Below, piece after piece: positions 39,956 through 54,743 of a stretch of DNA of 64,000 bases. The stretch is from Eledone cirrhosa. Taxonomy: Eukaryota. Position 1 is the stretch's first letter, and every line of letters begins with the position of its first letter. Below the pieces are notes generated by a model. It was not told where the DNA came from. It ran no database searches and worked only from the letters and a program-made list of their open reading frames with translations. The position numbers were made by a program, and so were the translations under genes. The stretch spans positions 21,370 to 85,369 of the forward strand of contig CAXHJY010000821.1 of assembly GCA_964016885.1 (NCBI GenBank), given 5' to 3'.

Positions 39956-41122
39956 CTTGTTCATGTGACAGAGTTATCAGTTAAAATAAATACTGAAATG
40001 CAACCATATTAGATTACAAATGATTAATTTAAGAATAAATTGAGCTTTGTAGTATTTCGATTCTGCAAGATTCTATAAACTAGGTAAATGTCTAACTGAT
40101 AAGGGAAATACTCTCAGTGGCTGTATAGTATAAATTATAGTTAAGTGGAGGTTGAAGTACTTAACTCTTCCATTATCATATATCTTATGAAACATGCTGC
40201 CCCTGATTTTCAAATAATTTGGAAGGATTTCGTAAAATAACTAAATTCTCATTTTTAAGCGTGTATTTGCAGCATAACTTAACAAAGGTTCTTAAATAAT
40301 GATGGAGGGTTTTTAGATAATTATAAACACTTTAAAATAAGCAGCTCACTATCATAAAACCAGGGGCAGTTTAAGACATCTTGTACTGATTAATCAGAAA
40401 ATATTAAAAAAATTAATTTGTTAATTGGATAGACTGTTGTGAAAATTTACAGTAAATTAAAGTTAAGACTTAAAATGTTAATGTGATACAGCCATAGTGC
40501 TGTTTTATACTTTTCAAAAATGTCTTGCTAATAGAGTTTTATGCAGTACAGGCAAGGCCATAGTTAGATCCTGGGGACCAGAGGCAGTTCAAGTTTGGTG
40601 GGCACCTCATATAACAACAAACACTTTAAGGGCTCCTTTTTAGCTCTGTTATTAAAAGTTAGGTGGGTTGAAGAGAGGGGTCCTGTTCAGAGAACATGGG
40701 GGAGGGGCTGAAGAGAGGGGACCCTGTTTGACAACGAGTGCCCTCAGTATTTGCTCTCTGTGTCACCTGATATATCCAGACCTAAGTACAGGACATTAAG
40801 AATTAAATATGAGTGTGTAAGAATGAGGTGATTGGAAATGTCAATCCATAACTACAAGACAAACTTATGAGAGCATCTCTTAGTAGTTATTTGACTAGCT
40901 AGAAATAGTAATTAAATCTTTCTCAAATTACACCCAATTGTTTTATAAAAGAAAAATGATTTGGATAATGTGGGCTTGCATGTACTCTATCTGAATTACA
41001 GAACGTGGAGATGGTCATGACTGGAATGTCTGATCATAGGTCTGCTCCATCAGACCTGACTTGGAGCCAAACAACAAATTTATGTTTAAAGGAAAAATAT
41101 GTGCATGCATGTGTGCACAGGT

Positions 41123-41250
41123 GAGAGAAAGAGGGAGAGAGAGAGAGAGACAGAGAGAGAGAGAGAGACAGAGAGAGAAAGAGGGAGAGAGAGAGAAAGA
41201 GGGAGAGAGAGAGAAAGAGGGAGAGAGAGAGAAAGAGGGAGAGAGAGCAG
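41123..41250. repeat. (GA)n-derived purine tract
   Basis: GAGAGAGAAAGAGG units. Confidence 0.95.
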
Positions 41251-42173
41251 AAAACCATTAATATTTACATAAGATGAAATAACTATATGATCATTATATC
41301 ATGAGTTGAGTGATATGTATACTGAAAATATCAACATCTTGAAAAGGGTTCTGTAACGGTCAATAAAAGAGGTCACAATTTGAATGATGCATGATTACTG
41401 TAAATAATCTATTAGAAATAGTTTGATGTAAATTATATGAACTAGAAAAACACAGACAACTATTTATAGTTAACAATTACAGAGAGAATGATTTGTGTAC
41501 ATAATGAAGACACACACTTCCTTCACAAAAGAAAGATGTTCTGTTATTAAGAAAAAGACAGATACAAGCAAGCAAATGTTCTCAATACTTGTCTATATAC
41601 TCAGATCTTGTAGGCCACAATATAGATTTGTGAGACTCTCGTGAAGTGTAATTTTACAAAATATCATATCATGAAAATCAATAACATCTAATTTTAATCT
41701 GACCAATATGAAGTGGCCAACACCATATTATTCTGTGTTCATTTTTTCTTCTTTGTATGTGAGTGGTAGTAAAACGAGAAAAATAATACAAAAAAAAAAA
41801 GAAAAAAGAAATGAAAAACATTACAAAAAACGAAAAAAAAAACATTGCTGTGGGGGAAACTTCCAGACAGTATTTAACAAAAGAAGTTGACTACCCTTTT
41901 AAGAATCTGACCCTTATTCATATCAGCTACTCAATGGAAAATATCTTACTGTCTACAGGAGGCAGATTGAAAAAGAAAACGCATCTTAATAAATGGTATT
42001 TTTGAGGTTATATATATATTATTTACATTATATATATATATATATATATATACCTCCTTTGGAGATTGGACCTCAGACCAGGATCCCCACCACCTCTAAT
42101 ACCTACCACTAGGCCACCAAGACAGCAGGAATTTGCTTTCGAAATGGCAAGAGCTCAGCCCCGACTCTCTACT

Positions 42174-42630
42174 CATCATCATCATTTTACGTCCGCTTTT
42201 CCCTGCTTGCAAGGGTAGGACAGGTCCTATTCAGCACAGCATCTCTCCACTTGTCACAGTCCTTCCTCATCTCCACCGTGAGTTTCAGCGATCTGAGGTC
42301 TGCTCTCACCATCTCCGCCCAAGTTTTTCGTGGTCTTCCTCTACTGCGTCTTCCTTCTACTGTGATTTCTTGGCACTTCTTTACCCAGTACCCAGCCTCC
42401 ATGCGCATCACATGTCCATACCATCGTAGTCTTCTCTCCCGCACACTACAACTTATCCCTCTCAAACACAGTTTCTCTCTCAACACATCGATGCTCGGAA
42501 GTTCACGCACATTGACATTGCACATCCAACGGAGCATGCTTGCTTCAATTCTCTCCAACCGTCGCAATCCTCTGCAGTTGCTGCCCATTGTCTCACTACC
42601 ATGCAGCAGCGTGCACCTCACACAGGCATC

Positions 42631-42635
<5 letters not shown>
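42174..42635 (-). mobile_element. RTE-clade LINE 3' fragment, same family as 34824-35623
   Basis: YDACVRCTLLHGSET...RLRWYGHVMRM...GRPRKTW...KWRDAV; same 3' tail. Confidence 0.9.
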
Positions 42636-42672
<37 letters not shown>

Positions 42673-42676
42673 TATA

Positions 42677-42862
42677 TAATTGTTTCTACTTTTGGCACAA
42701 GGCCAGCAATTACCCAGTGCATTACTGGTACTTTATTTTATCAACCCCGTAAGGATGAAAGGCAAAGTTAACCTCAGCGGGATTTGAACTCAGAATGGCA
42801 AGGGCCGTAACTCTATGCGTCAAAGCATGGCGTCCGACCCTCTACCAATACTGCCAGTCCAC
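42677..42862 (-). mobile_element. SINE family B
   Basis: Near-identical to 15038-15225. Confidence 0.88.
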
Positions 42863-43657
42863 AATTGCACGTGGAAATTGTTAGTAGTTTGAGATTTAAA
42901 AAAAAAAAAAAAAAAAAAAAAAGACCGCACTTGTTGAATGTGTAGAAGTTGTATATTTCATATTTAGCCTTAAAAAAACCTCAGGTTATATTTTTTTAAG
43001 AGAAAAATTCATCTTCTTCCAATATACCATTAACAACACCAGCTTAAGAATCCAAAACTTATTTTAATCTTTCATCATATAATCCATGTCCATTCAAGAG
43101 TTTTGCTCACAATCTTTCTGATATTCTAAAAGCCTCGCAGACTCAGCATGAAAACTTGGAGGCAAGGTATCAACCAATATTTGAAACCAGTAGACCCATG
43201 CTGTCAATAATGACAGCAACAGCATTGAAGATAATTTTTGGAGTCCAAGATTGCTATGCCATATACACCAGCATTACTGCAACCACAAACTAGGAAATAT
43301 GTTTTAATAAAGTAATGGGTTGCATAAGAGAAACCCTAAAGTTAATGATTACTAACACACAGAAATGATTAAAGATATGACCATATATATATGACTAGTG
43401 GACAGTGCAACAGCATTGAGTTTATTTCATTTTTGGGGTTCAGGGTTGGTATGCCATATATACAAGGATTATCAGATATATATAGATTATCTGATATATA
43501 TGAAAAATTATACAAACTGGGAAATTTGTATTTTGATAAATTCATAGTTAATATAAGGAAAACCCTATAGTTTATTTTGAATACTGACACAGAGAAGTAA
43601 TTAAAGAAAAGAATGATAATCTATGAAATTTCTAAGAAATAATTACATAAATGTTCA

Positions 43658-43708
<51 letters not shown>

Positions 43709-43899
43709 TATAAATGACCAACAGAATTAAATGTTTGAATAACTTTGTAGAAATAACAGGAACAAAAGCAGTGAGAACTGAAGACCTTATGATTGTAAAG
43801 TGAACTTATTGTAGTAACATGATGGTGATAGGAAATATTTTGTGTGTAAATTAAAAAAAAATTAGACACACAGATATATATATTTTTTGAAGGAACGAT

Positions 43900-44108
43900 C
43901 GACTTTCGTCAAATCGGACCAAGGGAACAATGTTTCCGTTGGTCTTTCCAATTGCTAATACTATCTATCGGTCGCAACTCCAGGTAGAAGGAGCAACGTG
44001 AAATAAAGTGTCTTGCTCAAGGACATAACGCATCGCCTGGTCCAGGAATCGAACTCACAACCTTACGATTACGAATCCAATTCTCCAACCAGTCAGCCAC
44101 ACGCCTTC
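43900..44108 (-). mobile_element. SINE family D
   Basis: Minus-strand head TGGCTGACTGGTTGG...GAGTTCGATTCC; related to 24915-25115. Confidence 0.75.
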
Positions 44109-47072
44109 AGATATATATATATATATACATGGCTGACTGTTTACAAAAAAGGAATTGATCTAATTCTGATTTCATTTTTGAAATCTTTGCAAGGTATATC
44201 TATGATATTGTATAAATCACTATTGAATATTTCTTATGGATAAAGAAAATAAGAAATGAAAATCTTTTATCAAGTATTTTTTTTTACTTTTCCAAATGAA
44301 GAATATTTTGTAACTCAACAAATATGAAGAAACCTACAAAAACCTGAAAATAAACCAGTTATCAAAACATCTAACATCTACTTTGTATGTGTACACATAA
44401 GCAGGTTGTCACTAATGAAAATAATAAAAAGAAAAGTGATTTATATTTCTATCTTTTAATGATTATTTATTTTTCTCTTGTTAGTTTTATCCAATTTCTA
44501 ACTTTTCATAAGCTACAACTGAGTATTATGAAATCTTCAAGTAGATCATTTCACATAATATACCATATAAAAACAAATTACTATTGGAAGCATTACAGTG
44601 ATATTTTTTTAATAACTCAGTTAAAATGAATGACAAGAGAGTGTATAATACACATGGAAGGATGAGTCAATTTAATAGTTGTTATTTTAACACAGAAAAA
44701 AAAATATATCTGGAAAACTAATTTGATTTTTGAAAATTAAATCTAAATTTCAATATAAACATTGTGAAAGAAAAACAACTGGAATTTTCTTAAAATATAT
44801 TCTTGCTTTGCTGCTGATTATATATATGTACGGTGCCATTTGTTTTGTTATTTCTATTTACCTTTTACACACCCACACACACACATATATATATATAAAG
44901 TGCAATTGAATGAGAAAAACAATCAAAACAATGTGGAAGTTGTATTATCAGTTTGACTTATTGGTGCATTTCCAGTGGTTTCATAGACATAAACACATCA
45001 GACTCTTCAGATGTGATCTGAATAATTTAATCATCATAGATTTTAATATCCATTTTTTAATGTAGGCCTGGCTTAAACAGATCTATACAACCAATAATTT
45101 TTAGGTTAACATATGCCAATACAATCCACCATGCATCACTTACTACCCTTAAGGTCATCCACCCACTCCATATGCTAGTAACAGGTAGCCCAAACCTTGC
45201 TTTCATCTTCCCCTCATACCCTAACATTGTTCCTCCAGCCCACTCTGTAAACTGGGAGTGCAGGTGCCACAATAAATTGCACCCAGTCCACCCTGTCAAG
45301 TGGTAATTGTGGTGCTATGAGAAAACAAGCAGGTTACATGCTGTGAAGTGATTGGCATCAACAATGGCCCCCTGCTGTAGAAACCATGCCAAAATGGAAC
45401 ATATGAGCAAGACAGTCGTCTGACCTGTCCATCTATCCTCAGACTGTGACAAGCAACCTAATCTATGTAAGCATATAAAATAGTGATGATGATGATGATG
45501 ATACAGATGTAATGAATTGAGTTTTAAAAACCCTGTATAGACAGAAACACATTTTAATGCATATTCTCCTAGATCACAGATTTCTCTCTGGCTATTTCAT
45601 GTCCTCTGTTATTTCATATATATTCATATGCACACATACACCCGCCCCCACACACATTATACACATATATATATATATATATATAATGGACTCCCCTGTC
45701 AAGAATGATATATGACTGTCCAGGTGTTTGATTAACTCAATGACCTAGTCATTAGACTAACAAGCAAAGTGGCAGAGTATTCCACAGACACACATGCCCA
45801 TAACATAATTCTCAAAAATCAGTGTGACAAGGCTGTACACTTGAATTACAAATACAGCCCATCCAACAGGCTTTTGTAGTTTTCATTTACCCAATTTCAC
45901 AAGCTGTGGATGAACCAGAGGCTATGGTAAAAGATACTTGACCAACATAGGCATGGTTGAGTGGTTAAGAAGTTGGGAAAGAGAAACAGTTTTTGTAGGT
46001 GATTGGGTTAAACAGAATTGCAAGACACATCTCTCTGTAGTGTATCATCTTATCTATGGTATCTATCTAACCTTCTAATGCCTCATCTAACAGATTATTC
46101 TCCCCTGCCTAAGCAGTAAACTTCATTTTCAGTATCGATCAAAGAACCAAAAGGTTGTTGAAGCCAAAGTGAAGGCACTTTATCTACGATGAATTCTAAA
46201 ATAAAACTTATTATTGTAGGGTAATCTTAATAAATTAAACATACAGGTCAATAAATTACAAATTGCTTTAAACAGGAAAAGAACCCCTTTTTCCAATATA
46301 AACCTGAAACCTCTTTTATTCATTTACCATTCCTATACAGCTATGCTTTCATTGATCTATTATACTGTTTTTCAAATTGTACAACCAATAAAATATTTAT
46401 TTCTTCCAAATGCAGTTTTTATTTCCTGGATATGACTATTTTCCACTGCTATTTTCCATAGAAACTCCAGGCAGCTACAATTAAAAGCCATGAACAACTA
46501 ACTTAGTCTTGGTTACATTTACTTACTGAATACTTAATTTTGATGTTTCAAACTGATTTTGCAATGTCTGTCTTGGTCTCATAAAAAGAATGGGTTACCT
46601 GTTCAGGGAAACTCTATAGGTTCCACTAGAGGTATTGTGAAGAGTTACCTGACAATGGAAACTATTAGTTCCACTAAAGTTTTTGTAAAGAGAGTGAGGA
46701 AACTCCATAGGTCTCCCCAGCGAAGTAAATAAATTAGGCCACAATATAGTCAGTATATGACATATATTGGAAATTTACTGAAGTCACCACATATTCTACA
46801 GCAAGTGTAAATAATTTACATAGTGAAATTATCAAAGGATTGTATTTAACTTATAACATCCTGTGATACTTTAGCAAAAAAATATCTAACAACAGGTTTG
46901 TTAATTTAAATGTTTATATTATCATTAATAGTGGACAGATTTTTGTGAAGATTTACAGTAAACTAATGTAATGACTATAATTTTCAAATGTTTACAGTAT
47001 CTGTACTTAGTGAACAGATCATTGAACATTTCTAATATTAGAGTAACGACTATACTTTTTAATTTGATAGTC

Positions 47073-47163
47073 TTCTGTACTTTTTAAGTTGATAGTGTTC
47101 TGTACTTTTTAAGTTGATAGTGTTCTGTACTTTTTAAGTTGATAGTGTTCTGTACTTTTTAAG
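47073..47163. repeat. 25-bp tandem repeat x3.5
   Basis: CTGTACTTTTTAAGTTGATAGTGTT starting at 47075, 47100, 47125 and (partial) 47150. Confidence 0.95.
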
Positions 47164-48264
47164 CATCCATTGTGAAAGTGGTTAATTCAAATGGTTATAG
47201 TACCTTCACTAGTGGACAAATTGTGAAAATTTACAGTAAACTACAGACTTCAACTTTTGATGTGATGCAGTCATAGCAGTGTTCTGTTCTATTCAAGAAT
47301 GTCTTGTTAATGCAGCTTCATGTGGTACAGGACCTTAAGAGTTAAGTTGATTACTTAGAAATAAACCTAAAATTATTTTTTAATTCATGTTCAGTCAAGA
47401 TCCTTACATGTTTACCTTTTGTTTTTATATAAATGTTAGGTCAAAGAGCCTGTAAACAAGTTGTAGCAGGAGATAGTGGTAAATCTGAAAAACTTACACT
47501 TAATTGACATAAAGTACTAATTTTACTAAGATAAAAAAAAAATGTGCTTCCTAAAACTAACAAGGGACAATACATTTTAATGTTGCCAACCTTTATTCCA
47601 TAAAAATGTTATCTGGACCAAACACAAGTGGAACAAAACTAATGTAGGTTACCTCTTGACATAATTTCGAGAAATTTAAGCACATATGAAATCGTAAACA
47701 CTTTACAATACAGGGAAATTTTATTTTTATTCTTTTATCTGATCAAGGGAAAAGTTTTCAATAATAAATACTAAATGCTTTAAAAATCAACCATTAAGAT
47801 GAAAGTGTGCAGAAAAAAAAAATCAATACAATTTTTTTTTATCTAAACTTAAATCCAAACTAATTATAAATCAACCAATGAAAATAATAAAATTTGATGG
47901 AGAAAAACTTATTAAGAGAACCAGCACACTCCCATTTAACATACAACATTCATAGAAGTGTGTAGTATGTGGGCCTAAGAATATCAGGATTTTGTAGGAA
48001 AATAAAACTTGTTGACAGAAAATACAGTTTATATGTTTAGTCAATATATGCAGATGTAACTACTATAAATGTGAGTGTGTGTATTTAGATGCACATGTTT
48101 GTGTGTACATATACATATGTATGTATAAATATAATACACACACACACATGTATACATGTGTGTGGGTATATATATATGTATAAATATATATATATACACA
48201 CATGTATACACGCGTGTGTATATGTAAATATATGTACATATATGTATATGTGTGTGTATATATA

Positions 48265-48576
48265 TCATCATCATCATTTTACGTCCGCTTTTCCCTGCTT
48301 GCAAGGGTGGGACAGGAACTGATTCTGGCTTGATTTCTACAGCTGGATGCCCTTCCTAACACCAACCTCATTTACAGTGAGTGCTGGGTGCTTTTTTCCG
48401 TGGCACCTACACGACCACAACCCAGTCCTATTATCTCATTTCTACAGTTGAGTAAACTGGAGCAATGTGAAATAAAGTGTCTTGCTCAAGGAAACAACAC
48501 ATCACCTGGTCTGAGAATTGCACTCACAACCTTTCTATTGCAAGGCCAATGCTCTAACCACTAAGCCATGTGCCTC
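48265..48576 (-). mobile_element. SINE family A with small internal deletion
   Basis: Matches 16126-16473. Confidence 0.9.
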
Positions 48577-48580
48577 TATT

Positions 48581-48738
48581 ACTGTATTCCCTTGATGCGA
48601 TCAGAGGCAAACACTGTATTTAAGGTCGAGTGACACAACTTTGAGTGATTAGTGGCCTTTAGACAGACCTAATCAATGAAACAATTGTTAATATTGTAAA
48701 TAAAACCCTTTTGTTATTCTTCAATTTTTCACTATTTA
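48581..48738 (+). mobile_element. Solo copy of the PLE 3' terminus with mutated hammerhead core
   Basis: Aligns to 32891-33056 (AGTGACACAACTT..AGTGATTAG...CCTAATCAATGAAAC.ATTGTTAATA.TGTAAATAAAACCCTTTT); CTGATGA lost. Confidence 0.85.
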
Positions 48739-48996
48739 TATTTATATATATATATATATATGTGTGTGTATGTATGTGTGTATATATATACATATGTATG
48801 TGTATATGTATCATGCTAGCATGGAAAAATGTTAAACAGTGATGATGATGTGTGTATACATACATACATATAATCGAACAGATTTTACATACTTGTAATA
48901 TATATGTATCGAACATTTAATGTGTTAGTGTATTAAGAAAAAAAAAAAAAAATATGACCAACATGGTAACATTCCAATGACTGAAACCAATAAAAC

Positions 48997-49034
<38 letters not shown>

Positions 49035-49073
49035 ATATGTGTGTATATATATATGTGTGTATATATGTGTATA

Positions 49074-49107
<34 letters not shown>

Positions 49108-49212
49108 TGCGTGCGTGCATGCGCATAGAATGGTAATATATATATATATATATATTACCATTCTATGCACACACACACATATATACATATATACACACAT
49201 ATATACATATAT

Positions 49213-49260
<48 letters not shown>

Positions 49261-49381
49261 CAGGGCTGGGCTGTTGGTGATTAAGTCAGTAAGCCCTCCA
49301 AGTCTGCTTGGCAAGGAAGGTGATTTGTAGACATCCTGCACATACATATATGAACATTTAGATACATACACACAAGCAAAC

Positions 49382-49762
49382 ATCGGTAGAGGGTCGGACG
49401 CCATGCTTTGACGTATAGAGTTACGGCCCTTGCCATTCTGAGTTCAAATCCCGCCGAGGCTAACTTTGCCTTTCATCCTTACGGGGGTCGATAAAATAAA
49501 GTACCAGTAATGCGCTGGGTAATTGCTGGTCTTGTGCCAAATGTATAAACAATTATATATATATATATATATAAGGGTCGGATTGGCAGTATCGGTAAAG
49601 GGTCGGACGCCATGCTTTGCGACATAGAGTTATGGCTCTTTACGATCTTAGTTCAAATCCCGCGGAGGTTAACTTTGCCTTTCATCCTTAGGGGTCGATA
49701 AAATAAAGTACCAGTAATGCACTGGATAATTGCTGGCTTTGTGCCAAAAGTAGAAACAATTA
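49382..49762 (+). mobile_element. Two tandem SINE family B copies separated by (TA)n
   Basis: 49382-49554 and 49575-49762. Confidence 0.88.
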
Positions 49763-49849
49763 TATATATATATATATAAATTATATTAAAGCTTGTGTAT
49801 CTGTGGCATAAAAGTATATCCTACTAGAAAAGGAATGATATGACTGTGT

Positions 49850-49895
<46 letters not shown>

Positions 49896-50277
49896 TCACC
49901 GTGGTGGAGGTGTCTGTGGCAACCAGAGCATGTTTTTTTTTTAATCTCACGTCTTTATGGAAACATTGAGAGATAATTAGAAATGGTAACAATTGACTTG
50001 TATAAACCTCACTAATTTAATAGCTTTATTAGAATATGAATAGAAATGTGTGCTGCTTATGTGAGGATATATATGTATGGTATATAATGAATTGTAAGTG
50101 AACTATCACATTATTAGAAAACATGAATATTTACATAAACAATTACAAATATAACACATATGTACATATCTCCGACTATATATATATACTTATTCCCTGT
50201 CTCTCTCACTCAAATATATATATATACACATATATATACTTATTCTCTCTCATATATATATATATATACTTATTCTG

Positions 50278-50311
<34 letters not shown>

Positions 50312-50323
50312 TATATATATATA

Positions 50324-50372
<49 letters not shown>

Positions 50373-50709
50373 ATAAATACATATCCTCTTCTTTTGTTGC
50401 ATTTTTCAACCACATACATAAAATCAGATCAATATACCAAAAATAGCAGCCAAATCTCATTGAAATCACACTTAATCATGAAAAAGGGAATACCATATTA
50501 GATATTATGATCTTTTATACACCTAAACAAATGAGATGGTTATGACTGGAATGTGATGAAAGGTTTGCTTCATTAAGCTTGATCCAGAGCTAATCAACAA
50601 CCGTTTCTTCTCCTTTTGCCATTATCTCCCATTTATTTTTATGACCCTTAACATACTGTAATAATTTAGCAGAAAATAATAGAAAATATCTAAATAAGGG
50701 TATTTTAAT

Positions 50710-50920
50710 TTAACCTTTTAGCATTTAAGCTGGCCATATCTATCCAGAATTCTCCGACATCTTTCTTTTCAAACCGGTTGTTCATACTGATGTTAAGATA
50801 TTGTTCTCAAAATAAATAATATCAAAATCTCATAGATTCGATATTATGCGAGATAATTATGTGAGGTAAAGACTTTTCCATGAAAATATAATAGTAAATA
50901 TAGAGTAATGTAAATGCTAA
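50710..50920 (+). mobile_element. MITE family M1
   Basis: High identity to 56900-57126. Confidence 0.7.
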
Positions 50921-53900
50921 TTTAACCATTTATAGTACCTTTACTACTTGACAGATCATTGTGAAAATTAACAAACTAGTGTAGCGACTTTAACTTTTAA
51001 TATGATTGTCAGTCCTTTTTTATACTTTTCAAGGAGGTCTTATTAATGTAGTTTCGTGTGGTAGAGGATGTTAAACATAATCTCCAATGTCTATATATAC
51101 AGAGAAACATTGTAAAACACATAATACAACACTTATGTCAGAAAAATTGTGAAAAATAACTAAAATGAAATACATATATATAGACATTTATGTTAGAACC
51201 AAGAAATATCTGTTAACAAAATCATAAGATTATCAAATTAGATACCAATGCTAGCGTGGAAAATGGATATTAAACGATGATGATGAGGAGGAGAAGGAGG
51301 ATAGAAATGTTTTATGAGAAAAGCCTAGGAAAGTTACAGTTAAAACTTGGACAAACTGGCAGCAAACTTGCTTGTCGCCAACATCAGTAATCACATAACT
51401 ACTTTTATTATTATCTATATAAGCAATCTATAACATTCCTCATTTCCATGTGCAGGCATAGGTAGAGAACCACTGAGTAGAAGGTTCAAGTCTGTGTCAT
51501 TTGCTTGTGCCTTTGAGCAAGGGACATAAGTCTGCTTGTCTCTGTCATTTAAGCTGATAAACATTATCTAATCCTACTTCATGGTTGAGGGATTAGCCGT
51601 AGAAAAGTTATTCAACTGTAAAAGCAATTAATTCAAAGTCTGTAAAATGTATAAATTTACTAAAACTCCTCATGTAGACTAACTCAGAAAAATGATTTCA
51701 AAATGGTCCAAAGAAAAATAAAACAAAGAAAATGGTTAAGGGTTTACAAGACAATGATAGTTTGAAAATTATTGAGAGAAAGTATATTGATATTGGAAAC
51801 ATTATATTGATATACTTAGGAGAGACTACTGCAATGAGTGGATTAGTAGTGTGAATGGATGGTGTTTGCTGGTTGATAAAATACTTTGGATGGTGGTTGA
51901 GGTGAACAAGTAAGATGGGCTAAAATGATTAGAGTTGGATTTAGAAGGGAACAGATAGGAAAAAATTAGATATCACCAAAAAAGCCCAACCCATCTTAGT
52001 ATAAGAAAGCCAGTAGGAGGATCATGGTGATGTAGCTTAATTATTGTTACATGTGTGTTAATATGATGGCTATTTTATAGTGGAAAACAATGACTACTCT
52101 TCAGTCAATAAACACTTTGTATATTTTACAAGCTACACACAAGAGTCCTGTCACTATAATACAGATATTTAAGCAGTCTATACCTACATATTATATGGTT
52201 ATAGTGTGGATAGTAACAAATAAGTGCAATAATGGGTGTTCTGGACATCACTGTGGAGAAAGGACAAAACATGATCACCATTAACACAATAGGGATCATG
52301 TTGAAGAGCTGAATCAGCATCATCATCGTTTAACGTCTATCTTCCACGCTAGCATGGAATGCGTCATTATACACATTGAATGGCTTTGTAAAATGATTGT
52401 GTGCATGTTTGCATGTTCTTTATGTGTGTGTGTATCTAAAGAAAGTATATGGCATATTTGCATTTTGTAAAGGGTAGGTAGCTGTTCAGCTTCAAGTATT
52501 TAGAGGCTATGAAGAGGAAATCCAGGATTTGTGATGCAGTCTTTGGTATGTGAAGAATGTGGGCTTTTGCAGGCAAGTTTATAAGAGTTTGTAAGACCTA
52601 TTGTTTTTGTAGAGAGTCTTATCGGCAAATAGAGGAAGCAGTTTGGGGGGATAGGTTCCTTGAGATATGGAGATATAGTATTTTGATGTTGTTCAATGGT
52701 GCTAAATTAGTTGTTTTAGAGGTTTCTATTCATGAACAATGTATAAAACTAAAGGGAAGTCTGTGGCTCATGTGGATTAAACTTATAAGTGTAGTGTAGA
52801 CTGGATGTAATGAAAAGTATTTTCAAAGCATCACCAACATCATTTAACATCCGTTTTCTTTGTTAACAAAGGTTAGATTGGTGATCACAGACAACACTTA
52901 GTTGGAGCCATGGATCTTTCAGATGGGCAGGGACTTCATCTTGCTTGTTTATTACAGAGTGTGCTAAGCAATTTCATAAGCTACCAGTATTAGGGAAGTC
53001 GTGATTTCAATGACACAACTGAAGAGTCCTCTTTCTCCCCTTTGTTTGGCAAATTTTCTATGGTTGGATGTCCTCCCTATCACCATCCACTCTACAAAGT
53101 GTACTGGGTGCATGTTATTGTGAAACCAGCACTAGAGGAATTGTGTCATAATATAATTGAAGAGTGCAATATTTTCCCCCACAGAATTTATTACATGAAA
53201 AATAGCAGTGCTCTGATGTTTCTGTCTTTAAGGAGTTATATGGATTACAAGAGAGAAAAGAAGATTAGAGATAGTGTATGAGAGGATCACCTACAGAGCT
53301 TGCTAGTTATTATATTCAATAGAATTCAATTGGTGATGTGTATGATTATTTTTCTAAGTATTGTTCTAGTAACATTTGTTATGTGTACAGAAACAACACA
53401 ACTTGTTAAATTTTTCAGTTTGGATGGGCATTATAACAAGTATTTATATATTAATTTCTATAAGGTATAAATTTGTAATTTCAATATACATTGTTGTTTT
53501 ACTATCATTGACCCTAAGTAGTGTGTAAAATAATTAAAAAATCTTAACACATTAACAATATATTAAAAATAGATGTCTTTCCTATTTCTTGTTTTTTTAC
53601 TCGTAGCAAGGGAAAAAAGGGCAGCACCCATGACTCTTTTTAGGGCCTCAAAGACTGGCAAAGGAAGTATTTGGAATAGGGCAGACACTGCTAAAGTCAC
53701 ATAAGGGCCAAGCAATGAATTAATCATATGAAAACGTTGAACAGTTGCTGTCCAAGTGTGTATGTGTTACATATAGAGACATTGAAATAGAATAGCAAAG
53801 TTCTGTTGAAAATAAATACATCCTCAATCTGTCGTAACTTCAAGTTTGTCGTCTATCAGATTGATAACAGTTATAATGATGGTATACAAGTATAATACTT

Positions 53901-54465
53901 TGCGAGTAGTGAAAGAAGTGAATAGAAGTTGTGGCATTCATGCCATCCCCAAAGTTGTAAAAAAAAACAAAAAGTAAATTAAAGCAAATCTGATTAAAAA
54001 TTGAAACAAACCTTAACCTTATACATGTTTTATATATATAACTGCAATTGGTAAAAAACCAAACCAAACCATAAAAATAAACTATATGGGATATTTTTGC
54101 TGAATTATTTATAATTTCCATTCCAAGTTAACAGAAAATTTATATTAATAAAAGAGCCGAATAAAATGTTGAAATTATAGCAAGCAGCTATCTTTGTCAT
54201 CATTCTTTTTTTTTTTATTTGACGTTTGCTTTCCTTGCTAGCAAATGTTGGAGGAGTTGTCACCACAGACCAAGTCAGACTAAATCAGAGCCACTGATCT
54301 CGCACTATATGCATTAGAGATGAGGATTATTAACGTTTTTTTCAACAGATTTATGAATAAGAAAATGTCAAATGATAAATAAAACAGGTTGAATATTGAA
54401 ATAAAAATAAATATTTCAATAAGATGAGAAACAAGTAAATAAATAAAACAGGACAACAACTTGTG

Positions 54466-54743
54466 TTAAACCCTTCATTACTATATTTCTAATGAAACAT
54501 ACTGCTAGTGGTTTTCAAATCATTTGGAAAAAAAATGTTCAAGTGATTCAATAATATAACTTTCACATTATTATGGTGCTGTTTGGAACATAACTAAAGG
54601 TTTTTACATAAATTTATTTTGGAAGGTTTAACCCATGCAAGCATGGAAAATAAATGTTAAATGATGATGATGAACACTAATATAAATAGATTAATATTGT
54701 AGAACCTGATGCAGTTTCATGCCGTTTGTATAAAAAGGGTTAA
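54466..54743 (+). mobile_element. TTAA-type MITE family M2
   Basis: TTAAACCCTTCATTAC...AAAAGGGTTAA; internal ATTTCTAATGAAA...TTTTCAAAT...GTTTGGAACA shared with 21505, 26755, 40160 and 55984. Confidence 0.55.
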
